DNA from: a bacterium
Lineage (GTDB): Bacteria; Patescibacteriota; Microgenomatia; Levybacterales; UBA12049
Reading direction: 5' to 3'
Length of the DNA stretch: 59,726 bases
Assembly: GCA_021780675.1 (NCBI GenBank)
Contig: JAJXYH010000045.1
Coordinates: 1 to 59,726, forward strand
Below the pieces are notes generated by a model, which did not search any database, was not told the origin of the DNA, and was given only the letters and a program-made list of their open reading frames with translations. The translations under genes and the position numbers were made by a program. Shown here piece by piece: positions 48,750 through 57,654 of the stretch (position 1 is its first letter; each line of letters starts with the position of its first letter).

Positions 48750-50357
48750 CTAGAAGCTACCTGTGGCTATTAGCGAAATAAGATCAGTATAGTCTCCTGC
48801 AGTCGGCGTGGTTGAAGAAGCTTTTGCTTTTAGTTCAAAAGAAGCCTGCCCACCTGTAACAGGAGTGTTGCTGGAATCAGACAAAGTGCGTTTACTTGTA
48901 TCAATAACTCCGACATTATTGCCCGTTCCGGCATATGGTGTATCAAACACCATAGGTCCGCCCGAAGTTTGAGTGGTACTTGTTCCCTGCAAGCCATAAC
49001 CTTCTGAAATGGTTGATAAATCATTAGTTGTGCTATTAATAGTATAGTTTCCGGCACTGATACTTTTTAGACCATTGTTAGATCCGTAAATGTAAATTAA
49101 GCCACCGTTTACAGCGTTAGTGGTAATATTGGTGGTAACTTTATCGGAAGACGTACTTATAGAACCTGGAGTTAAACTTCCTAAATTTATATTAAAAGGT
49201 GGAGTAGATTGACTGGTTGTCTGGACACTAAAAATAAGTGTAGGGTTTGTAGTTGCAGAATTTGCACTTTGACTCCAGAATCCCTGTTGATAAGCACCCG
49301 TTCTTGCCGCCACCCGTGCGTAATAGGTTGTTCCACCGGTTAAACCGATTATGTCAAATCCGGTAGTGCTTCCCCAAAGTGTATAGTTTTGAAAAACAGG
49401 TTTTGTGCCTAATGTATCATCAGCTTGAACGAAATATATGTTTGTACTAAAAGTAGGGTCGGTGGAAACTTGAATTACATATGTGGCATCAGTTGGATTT
49501 GCACCGTTATCGATTACGATATGTAGTTTATTATAGTATCCGGATGGATTAGTAAATATAGGGGCGAGTGGCGTATTTGGTTCAAGAGTATAGGTAAGGC
49601 CAGGAAGAGTTAAGTAATTGGTTGAAGATAGTGAGGCTGTTTCTATTTCGCCTAAAATACCTTGAAACATATAATTTGTTGAGCTTGAGCTGGCGCTTCC
49701 ACCCGCACCAAATCCAAAGTCCAACAATTGGTAATTTGTGCTTACGGGATTAGCTGGAGTTGGTGTCGGTGATGGTGACGGGGTTGGTGTAGGAGCCGGC
49801 GTATAGGTTAAATCGGTTTGACTAGCGGTAACCATTGCAGCTGTACCTCCACCCCCACCCGTTGACCCAAGAGTTGCTACATATTTTATTCTTAAAGCGT
49901 CAATTTGAGTTTTGGTTAGGGAAAGCCCATTCGCAGAAAAAGTATGGTCTGTTAAAGTGCCATTAACTAAATTTACCGTACTCCCAATTTGAACAGTTGG
50001 GTCGGTGCCATCAGTAGAATAATAAACGTCTAAAGTACCGCTTCTTCCCCCTGTTTTATCGGCGCGTACTGTAATTGTCATTGCCGTTACGGTTTGGACA
50101 TCAGCAGGACTTGCTGTGTTGGTATAAACATAAGTTGCGGTCACACCGTTTGGGGTTTGAATATAATTTGTGTCGTTTGGCGAAGTAGTTCCCTCGCTTA
50201 TGCAGCTATATAGATTAGTAGTGCACGTACCTGATGTCCAGTTGGTTGTGGTAATATCTCCGTTTGCATAAATAGTTCCGGAAGCTGCGAACGCTATACC
50301 TCTGAATAAAATTAGAAATATTGCGATATATATTGATATATTACTAAATCTTTTCAT
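48750..50357 (-). CDS. Secreted multidomain protein (PT linker, FN3-like, C-terminal WxL-like domain; large)
   Basis: Signal peptide, PTPTPSPSPTP linker, GLTGGTTYYARVAA FN3-like strand, TNAVNGG, ends AGDYTDLISLIATGSF. Confidence 0.7.
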   Translation of the reverse strand: MKRFSNISIYIAIFLILFRGIAFAASGTIYANGDITTTNWTSGTCTTNLYSCISEGTTSPNDTNYIQTPNGVTATYVYTNTASPADVQTVTAMTITVRADKTGGRSGTLDVYYSTDGTDPTVQIGSTVNLVNGTLTDHTFSANGLSLTKTQIDALRIKYVATLGSTGGGGGTAAMVTASQTDLTYTPAPTPTPSPSPTPTPANPVSTNYQLLDFGFGAGGSASSSSTNYMFQGILGEIETASLSSTNYLTLPGLTYTLEPNTPLAPIFTNPSGYYNKLHIVIDNGANPTDATYVIQVSTDPTFSTNIYFVQADDTLGTKPVFQNYTLWGSTTGFDIIGLTGGTTYYARVAARTGAYQQGFWSQSANSATTNPTLIFSVQTTSQSTPPFNINLGSLTPGSISTSSDKVTTNITTNAVNGGLIYIYGSNNGLKSISAGNYTINSTTNDLSTISEGYGLQGTSTTQTSGGPMVFDTPYAGTGNNVGVIDTSKRTLSDSSNTPVTGGQASFELKAKASSTTPTAGDYTDLISLIATGSF

Positions 50358-50374
50358 ATTAATTTATCTACTTT

Positions 50375-50794
50375 TTAAAGTGGTAAGTAGAAAACACTTT
50401 GCCCAAATAATGTATGTAAGTAATCGTATGTATGAATTTGCGTAATTCCTTTTTTGTTTGCCAAAACCGCTCTTAAACTTTGTGAAAAAGTAAGATCGGT
50501 TGATTTGTAATTAATTAGCGTCTTTAATGCAGCCTTAATGTCACGTTCTTCTGGATAAATAATATTTATGTCCGAAATTGAGACTATTCTTAGAAAGTCT
50601 TTTGCAAGAGATGGGCTAATTTCACTATAAATTTGATTATAAACTTCCAAAAGGGTATAGATATCGGTAAAAAGAGAGTATTTTTCTAAGGCAAAATACC
50701 TAAAATAAGCAGAAGATTGTTCATATTTTTGATGCGCACGATTAACAAAGGCATAAAATGCACTTCCTGAGATGTAGACTTTTTTACTTATCAT
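50375..50794 (-). CDS. VapC-like PIN-domain protein with degenerate active site
   Basis: VYISGSAFYAF, TLLEV, TFSQS, HTYD correspond to VapC DTSAFYAL, E, SFTD, TFD. Confidence 0.72.
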   Translation of the reverse strand: MISKKVYISGSAFYAFVNRAHQKYEQSSAYFRYFALEKYSLFTDIYTLLEVYNQIYSEISPSLAKDFLRIVSISDINIIYPEERDIKAALKTLINYKSTDLTFSQSLRAVLANKKGITQIHTYDYLHTLFGQSVFYLPL

Positions 50795-50878
50795 AAGAAA
50801 TGTTTAACTGCTAAAGTGTATAAAATATCAAATTATGCCGTATTGTCAAGCTAAATTAAAAAATCTACAAAGATTATT

Positions 50879-51160
50879 TTAGCTTGACAAGATAAGACTT
50901 GCGCCCCGGCCTTTTAGTCTGAATAATGGATCATCAAGGGTAAAGGTTTTGGAAGGTTTTAGGCTGTTTTTAAGCACATTTACTTTTTTTGTTTCGTTGC
51001 TAAAGTCCTTATTGAAATCAGTTAAGCTTGATTCTTTAATCCTAATATTTCCACCAGCCTTAATTGCTTTAAGACGTCCCTCTTTTATATAACGACGAAT
51101 TGTTAGGGGGTGTACTTTTAAAATAAATGCAACTTGATTAACGTTAAATAAATTATCCAT
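50879..51160 (-). CDS. Excisionase/MerR-type HTH DNA-binding protein with antitoxin-like tail
   Basis: FNVNQVAFILKVHPLTIRRYIKEGRLKAIK.GGNIRI; C-terminal DDPLFRLKG. Confidence 0.85.
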   Translation of the reverse strand: MDNLFNVNQVAFILKVHPLTIRRYIKEGRLKAIKAGGNIRIKESSLTDFNKDFSNETKKVNVLKNSLKPSKTFTLDDPLFRLKGRGASLILSS

Positions 51161-51178
51161 ATTTTAATAATTTTTTAG

Positions 51179-51332
51179 TTTTCAATTTTTAATTGAAAAT
51201 TTTAAGACCCCAAAAATTTTAAATTGGTTTATATAATTATATACATTATTATGCAATAATATGCAAGTTTATTATATTTTTGACCCATAGCTTTAAAATC
51301 GGTTAAATTAATATTACCTACGGTAATATTAA
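51179..51332. promoter_or_regulatory. Divergent promoter region with three palindromes
   Basis: TTTTCAATT-3-AATTGAAAA (51179-51199), TATATAATTATATA (51230-51243), TTAATATTACC-3-GGTAATATTAA (51308-51332). Confidence 0.55.
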
Positions 51333-53579
51333 ATGCTTGAGCTTAACCTTAAAAAACTTGGATTTTTCACAAGGGTCTTTTTGGCCTTTACGTTAGCCTT
51401 AGTTATATTTTCCCCTTTACTCGTGAAAAATGCAAGTGCGGCAGCCGGGATTAATAGAGTAATAAATTTTCAGGGAAAATTAGTTAATAATCCTTCTGCA
51501 ACAAACGTATCTAATTCGCCCTACACGGTAGTTTTTTCACTTTACGATCAAGCAAGTGGGGGAACTGTATTGTGGTCGGAAACTCAAACTGTAATCACAG
51601 CAGACGGAATTTTTAGGGTAGCGTTAGGTTCGGTTACACCTTTTCCGGCAAATTTTAATTTTAACTGGTCCGGGCTTTATTTAGGCATAAAAGTAGGTTC
51701 GGATTCGGAAATGACACCAAGAATTCAATTGGCATCTGTTCCATATGCGTTTAATGCACAGCAAGTTGCAGGGTTAACAGTTCAGGACGACAGCGGAAAT
51801 GCTTCTACATCGGGAACGCTTCAGGTTGGAAATTCTAAAATCGTAACTTTTAAAGGCTCAAGCGGTTTAACGTTTAATGACCCAGGTGCTTCGGTTACCA
51901 TAAGTTTTCCGACTACAGGAACGCTTACTTTAGTGGATACTTCAACTTCGCAAACTTTAACCGGAAAAACAATCGGAACAGGCGGGTTAACTTTTAATAC
52001 TACGGGAACGGACATTACAACAACTGCTAATCAAAATTTTATAGTTTCTCCAAACGGAACCGGGCTTATCGGTTTTAATACGAATTCACCTTTATCAAGC
52101 ATAGACCTACAAGGAAACCCGGTGACTGGGGGGACGCTGTCCATCGCCTCAGTCTCCGGGCAGACTTCATTTGCTGCGTTTGTAATTGACAATAGTGGAA
52201 GCGGTGATTTATTTACTGCTTCATCTTCCGGAGAAACTAAATTTAATATTGCAAGAAATGGCAATATTACTCTAACCGGAGCGGTTTTGATTAGTGGTTC
52301 AAATGGAAGCGGACAATGTTTAACAGGTGGATCAGCGGTTAAATGGGGTACTTGCGGGGGCGCTCCGCCGGGGGGTTATCCGTTTTTTAATGCGGGGGGA
52401 TACATCATTCAAAATATCACCACTGAAGATTTATTGCTTGGTGGAAACTCTACTTCTACGGCTAAATTTGCCTTTACCGGTCTTGATACGAATCAGACAC
52501 AAGCTTCTTTTTCCGGACAATTTAATTTAATGCCAAATAATGGTTACGGGGGCAATGCATCTATTTCTGCGGGAATGGTTTTGGGGGCGATGATAGGGCC
52601 GGTTATTCAAACTACAGACAATAAGGCTATTATAATCGGAGGAAATACAACCGGAAATATTAATTTTAGTCCTAATAATACTCCAACGATTAATTTATCG
52701 CCAAATACATTGACTTTTGTTGGGGCCGGCATTAGTCAGATTAATACATTAAATAATCAACATTTGTCCATTAATCCCGGTGGAGGTGGTTTTTTGGGAA
52801 TAAATACCGACGGTATAACACCTGTTGCAAACGTTGATATTAGGGGAGATGTCGGGACAATTGCGGTAGCTTCAGTTTCTGGCAAGACCAGCTATGCTTC
52901 ATTAGTTGCAAATAATGATGGGGTGGGAGATATTTTTACAGCCAGCGCCAGCGGCTGGACAAGGTTTACAATCTCAAATTCAGGAAAAGTGACAATAGGT
53001 ACAAGTACTAATGGTTTGACTTTTGATCCTGCAAGCGGTCCAAATTACAACGGGTCCGCACAACCTTTAAAAACAATTATATTATCACCCGAATATGCAG
53101 GGGCAACACTAACTGCTTCGGGCTCGGCAACAACAAATGGTAATATGACCGCCGACGCTTCGCCGTCGGCCAACTTTAGAACTTATTATCAGTGGTCTAC
53201 AACACAAAGCTCAATGCAGGATTATACCGTGGTTGTTAGGGTTACACTTCCAAATGATTTTTCCTCTTGGGATAGTGCCAATGCAATGACAATAGACTTA
53301 GATACCGCAACAACAAATGCGACGCAAAACAAGTTAGATATCCTTGTCTATAATCCAACTTCAAGTACGAGCACGCCGGTTTTAATGCGAACGGCAAATA
53401 CCAGTACATCCGGATATAACTGGAGAACAATTGCAATAACTTCATCTGCATTTACGGGGGGGGCGGCAAAGTGGCAGACGTCAGGTCAAACAGCAGTTAT
53501 TTATTTAAAAATGTATGCTGCCAGCCCTGGCGTAACACAAATCGGAGATATTGTTTTAAATTATTATGCTAAATTCTAA
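51333..53579 (+). CDS. Secreted tail-fibre-like/adhesin protein (748 aa)
   Basis: Signal peptide; INFQGKL...EMTPRIQLASVPYAFNA N-domain; two ASVSG.TS.A...G.GD.FTAS.SG.T.F repeats. Confidence 0.7.
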   Translation: MLELNLKKLGFFTRVFLAFTLALVIFSPLLVKNASAAAGINRVINFQGKLVNNPSATNVSNSPYTVVFSLYDQASGGTVLWSETQTVITADGIFRVALGSVTPFPANFNFNWSGLYLGIKVGSDSEMTPRIQLASVPYAFNAQQVAGLTVQDDSGNASTSGTLQVGNSKIVTFKGSSGLTFNDPGASVTISFPTTGTLTLVDTSTSQTLTGKTIGTGGLTFNTTGTDITTTANQNFIVSPNGTGLIGFNTNSPLSSIDLQGNPVTGGTLSIASVSGQTSFAAFVIDNSGSGDLFTASSSGETKFNIARNGNITLTGAVLISGSNGSGQCLTGGSAVKWGTCGGAPPGGYPFFNAGGYIIQNITTEDLLLGGNSTSTAKFAFTGLDTNQTQASFSGQFNLMPNNGYGGNASISAGMVLGAMIGPVIQTTDNKAIIIGGNTTGNINFSPNNTPTINLSPNTLTFVGAGISQINTLNNQHLSINPGGGGFLGINTDGITPVANVDIRGDVGTIAVASVSGKTSYASLVANNDGVGDIFTASASGWTRFTISNSGKVTIGTSTNGLTFDPASGPNYNGSAQPLKTIILSPEYAGATLTASGSATTNGNMTADASPSANFRTYYQWSTTQSSMQDYTVVVRVTLPNDFSSWDSANAMTIDLDTATTNATQNKLDILVYNPTSSTSTPVLMRTANTSTSGYNWRTIAITSSAFTGGAAKWQTSGQTAVIYLKMYAASPGVTQIGDIVLNYYAKF

Positions 53580-56500
53580 ATTAAAGAAAAAAGTTTTTAT
53601 TTATTTAACAATCTTAAGTTTGTTGCTAAGTTATTCGCCGGTTGGTGTTTATGCTCAAAGTGCAACCAGCTCGTCACATTTAAGCGCAACAGGAACTGAA
53701 GTAAATATTGCATCAGACGCAAGTGCTTCTGGTTCTTTACAAAACAATAATTTCGATGCAAATTATGTTAATTCAACCTTCGTCCCATCTGCAAGCTTTT
53801 CGGGTCCTGATGTTAATTCATTATCTCCCAACTTTGACGCCCCGTCGAATAATCAGCAGCTTTCAACTACGAATAATAGCAATAAGAATTGGACTATTAA
53901 TTCAAAGAAAAATAATTTACAGGCAGACGAAGATTATCAGGTAAATTTGGATAATATTTCTCCTCAAGATGTTAGTGTGCAAATTTACGATCAAAATGGC
54001 AATTTAGTTAATTCAAATTTTAATAAAATTGCAACATCAAACGGAACTTCAATTGATATATCTCCTCCGAGTGCTTTTCGTCCCGGGAAATATACAGTTA
54101 AGATTACCGATACAAGCGGAAACGTTAAACAACAGGACTTTACCTGGGGAGTTTTGGCAATAAATACCGACAAATCAATCTATTTACCAAACGAAACTGC
54201 AAATTTAGCCATGGCGGTTTTAGATAATACCGGAGATATGGTATGTGATGCAAATGTTACCTTAACTATTACCGATCCAAACGGAAAACAAACAGTTCTT
54301 TCAACTTCGGACAATTCAATTATTGTAAATCCTTCATGTCATTTGCATAATTTCACATTAATTCCGGATTACCAAGCGTCTTTTACGGTCGGGGGAGTAG
54401 GAGCTTATCAAATGGACCTTTTGGCCGAAACTACAGACGGTACAAGACAGATTAGTGATTCATTTCAGGTTCAAAATTCAGTAGCTTTTGATATAACAAG
54501 GCAAACCGCGACCAGGATTTATCCTCCCTCGGAATATCCGGTTAACCTAACCGTAAAATTTAATCAGGATTTTAACGGTCAAATTATCGATTATGTTCCT
54601 AATGATTTTAATATATTGCCGTCAAGTAGTTCGGCAGCACCAACATTTGATGTTAAAGAAATTGCAACGCCGGTTAAAAATCAAGATGGAAATTTACAAA
54701 GCTTAAAATTATTACTTCCGTTTAAAGGAACTGTTGATGAAACTTTGGGGTTTGGACAGCATCTTTTGGATCCTAAAGAGCGTGATTATTATGCCCAATA
54801 TGGTTTGGCGGGCCACGACGGATTAGATTTTGCCATGCCGATTGGAACTCCGGTTTATTCAACGGACGACGGAGTGGTAATAATGGCGGGCGGCGAAATT
54901 TATGGAACAACAGTTGTAATTCAACACGGTTGGGGAAGAAGTTACTATGGGCATTTAAGTAAAGTCGAAGTTACTGTTGGACAGAAAGTTTCAAAAGGCG
55001 ATGAAATTGCATTATCGGGAAATACCGGAATAACAACTGGGCCTCATTTGCATTTTGGCATAAAATTTAATCAAAACGATCCAAATAACGGATATTACGG
55101 AAAAACCGATCCTAGTCCTTACCTTGGATTAACACCACAAAATCAAACCGTTGCAACCAACATCAATAACACTGTTAAAGCAATTGTTTGGACAGTTAAT
55201 GCAAGAGCGGGGGACACGCTAAATCTTTCTTATAATTTTAAAATGCCAATGATTAGTCCGATGTTTTACACCATTGGACCCTTGAGTTTTGTTTCCAATA
55301 ATCAAGTAGTTTTTCAGGAAGTACGTAAGTGGCAGTTGGCAGCAGATGCGGCAACAGTAATAATTATTACTTCTTCTTATACCGATCCTTGTGGTAGTAA
55401 TTGTTGGACTGTTCCGTCTGATTGGAATATTACAGGCAGTACTATTGAAGCTGTTGGCGCCGGTGGCGGTGGGGGAAGTGGAACAGCCGGTACAAATACT
55501 GCCGGAAGAGGCGGCGGAGGCGGCGGGGGCGGCGGAGAGTATCGCAAAATTAGTAGTTTTACGACAACTCCGGGAAGCGTAATTCCATTTTCTATTGGAA
55601 TCGGTGGCACAGGAGGTAACGGTGGAAACGGTACTGCAGGAACTGTAACCACTTTTAATACCACCAGTCTTGTAGCAAACGGCGGCGGATTTGGTGGTTG
55701 GAGTAATAGTACTGCGGGTGGTTCGGCAGGTGCAGGCGGAACCGGCGGAACAGGTGCGGCAGCAAACTTTAACGGCGGTGCAGGCGGAGTAGGTGGAGCA
55801 GCTTCGGGAAGTAACGGAGGCGGCGGTGCAGGCGGCGGAGGAGCCGGTGGTACAACTGCTGTTGGTGGAACTGCCGCGAACGTTGGAACTTCAACTACGG
55901 GAACAAATGGAGGCGCAGGAGGAGCAACCAGCGGCGGTTCGGCAGGGACACAACCGGGCGGAACGGGTGGCAATGGAACGGTTTGGACTGATACGACTAC
56001 TTTAGCAACTGGTGGTGCAGGCGGCGGAGGCGGCGGCGGAACAGGAGGAATAAGTGCGGCCGGAACAATTGGCGGAACCGGCGGTAATTATGGCGCAGGC
56101 GGTGCTGGCGGCGGCGGAGGAGGAAAAAAAGGCGCGCTTGGAATGGGAGGAAACGGAATAAATGGAGTAATTGTAATTACTTATACTTCGGTTGCCAATA
56201 CAACGCAGTATGCTTACAGATTCAGAAGCGATGATGGCAATGAAACAACCGGAACATCCTTAGTAGCGCAAAATACGGCAATAACGGGTTTGGCCTTATC
56301 GACAAATATAAGATTAAGGTTTTTAGTTTATAATTCCGGCGGTTCTGCAGCCAGCGCTCAAACTTTCAGGCTGGATTATGCGCCGCTTTCAGGAAGCTGT
56401 TCAACTTCTACATTTGCACCAATCCCAACATCTTCTGGTACAGACCCTTTTTATATGACTACCACTTCTTATTACATTAATGGAACCGCGTCAACTAATG

Positions 56501-56823
56501 TTTCAACCGGACCTGCGGTAATTGCAGATCCAAGCGGAGGAACTTTTATTGCAGGCACTTTGGTTTCGGCTACTTCCAATACCTCGGCCTCGATAATTTT
56601 AACAAGTAAAGGTTTTACTGAAGTTGAGTATAACTTTGCGGCAAACTCAAACGCTGTTGGTGGAAATACATATTGTTTTAGGGTTAGTAATTCAGGTACG
56701 CCGATTAATACATACTCTCAATATGCCCAGGCAACAGTTGCTGGTGGCGGACCGGCAGTGTATCAGTTATTAAGACATGGAGAATGGTTCAGTAACGGAA
56801 TAAGACAACCGTTTACGTTCTAG
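53566..56823 (+). CDS. Giant secreted protein with internal M23 peptidase and glycine-rich domain (1085 aa)
   Basis: Signal peptide; GHDGLD, YYGHL, TGPHLHFG; long GGGGG-rich region; ends LLRHGEWFSNGIRQPFTF. Confidence 0.85.
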   Translation: MLNSKLKKKVFIYLTILSLLLSYSPVGVYAQSATSSSHLSATGTEVNIASDASASGSLQNNNFDANYVNSTFVPSASFSGPDVNSLSPNFDAPSNNQQLSTTNNSNKNWTINSKKNNLQADEDYQVNLDNISPQDVSVQIYDQNGNLVNSNFNKIATSNGTSIDISPPSAFRPGKYTVKITDTSGNVKQQDFTWGVLAINTDKSIYLPNETANLAMAVLDNTGDMVCDANVTLTITDPNGKQTVLSTSDNSIIVNPSCHLHNFTLIPDYQASFTVGGVGAYQMDLLAETTDGTRQISDSFQVQNSVAFDITRQTATRIYPPSEYPVNLTVKFNQDFNGQIIDYVPNDFNILPSSSSAAPTFDVKEIATPVKNQDGNLQSLKLLLPFKGTVDETLGFGQHLLDPKERDYYAQYGLAGHDGLDFAMPIGTPVYSTDDGVVIMAGGEIYGTTVVIQHGWGRSYYGHLSKVEVTVGQKVSKGDEIALSGNTGITTGPHLHFGIKFNQNDPNNGYYGKTDPSPYLGLTPQNQTVATNINNTVKAIVWTVNARAGDTLNLSYNFKMPMISPMFYTIGPLSFVSNNQVVFQEVRKWQLAADAATVIIITSSYTDPCGSNCWTVPSDWNITGSTIEAVGAGGGGGSGTAGTNTAGRGGGGGGGGGEYRKISSFTTTPGSVIPFSIGIGGTGGNGGNGTAGTVTTFNTTSLVANGGGFGGWSNSTAGGSAGAGGTGGTGAAANFNGGAGGVGGAASGSNGGGGAGGGGAGGTTAVGGTAANVGTSTTGTNGGAGGATSGGSAGTQPGGTGGNGTVWTDTTTLATGGAGGGGGGGTGGISAAGTIGGTGGNYGAGGAGGGGGGKKGALGMGGNGINGVIVITYTSVANTTQYAYRFRSDDGNETTGTSLVAQNTAITGLALSTNIRLRFLVYNSGGSAASAQTFRLDYAPLSGSCSTSTFAPIPTSSGTDPFYMTTTSYYINGTASTNVSTGPAVIADPSGGTFIAGTLVSATSNTSASIILTSKGFTEVEYNFAANSNAVGGNTYCFRVSNSGTPINTYSQYAQATVAGGGPAVYQLLRHGEWFSNGIRQPFTF

Positions 56824-56846
56824 TGTGATTAGAAAGGAGGTGAATT

Positions 56847-56933
56847 ATGTTAATAAATGAAATAAAGAGGGAATGGGAAGAATTTGTACAAGTATTTCGA
56901 AATTACCTACTTTTTTTACAGCTCGATCCTTAA
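56847..56933 (+). CDS. Putative 28-aa peptide (MLINEIKREWEEFVQVFRNYLLFLQLDP)
   Basis: Perfect AAAGGAGGTGA SD with correct spacing to the ATG. Confidence 0.4.
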   Translation: MLINEIKREWEEFVQVFRNYLLFLQLDP

Positions 56934-57242
56934 AAACAATTTTGGAATAAGGCATAAAAATTAAGAGTGCCTAGCTAATTACTAATTTAATAGAAGGTTA
57001 AGTATTTTTTAAGGCAGGATTTTTGTTTGCTTGGGGTGTCCTTTGTAAATTTAATTTGTGGTTTAGACAAAGGGCACATATTTCCCGTTGTTCAAAAGCA
57101 ATAATGGCAAAAGAGAAAAAGCTTAATAAATACTAGCCTTGATGGTATAGTATTTTTATGATTTTATTTCTGTTGATAAAATCAAAATTAAAACCAAACC
57201 GATTTGGACGATTTAGTTAAATATATTGTCTAAATAGTTTAA

Positions 57243-57566
57243 TTATTTTTTAAACCAGGGAAATCTTGCGTTTGGTTTGGAAAATAAAAAGGCGTTGTTT
57301 AACGCCATAAATAAAGATCCTACCCAAAAGGCAAGCCCGAGATTATCAAATAAAATAAATCCGTCTAATTTTACTCCAGTAAGGTTCATAAAAAGCAGAC
57401 CTAAAGCAAAATTAACAAAGCCCCAAACAACATTAATAAGAGCAGTCGAATCCTTAGCGAAGGGAGTCATGTGTTTTTGACCGGCAGAACCTAATACAAA
57501 ATGCGGAACACCGTTTGTCAAAAATAATCCGGCAAGAAATGCAAATACTAAGTTCATTGAATTCAC
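57243..57566 (-). CDS. Small integral membrane protein
   Basis: 3-4 TM with NGVPHF..G..G..HMTPF and N.VWGFVN motifs; AAGGGGGTGA SD. Confidence 0.75.
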   Translation of the reverse strand: MNSMNLVFAFLAGLFLTNGVPHFVLGSAGQKHMTPFAKDSTALINVVWGFVNFALGLLFMNLTGVKLDGFILFDNLGLAFWVGSLFMALNNAFLFSKPNARFPWFKK

Positions 57567-57654
57567 CCCCTTTCTTATCCAGCATAAAATAATTTAATTG
57601 CTCTTGTCAAATTCAGTTGAATTCAACGGGGTTTCATGTTAATATCCTTTTCGC

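Noticed and set aside
50879-51160. Prophage/ICE excisionase marking a mobile element
   Set aside because: No integrase, att repeats or phage genes nearby; treated as a regulator.
55377-55973. Pro-rich 198-aa ORF and other short overlapping ORFs in the track (e.g. 22775-23002, 23597-23824, 3622-3966, 14907-15269)
   Set aside because: Antisense or alternate-frame shadows of well-supported genes; Gly codons (GGN) read as Pro on the opposite strand.
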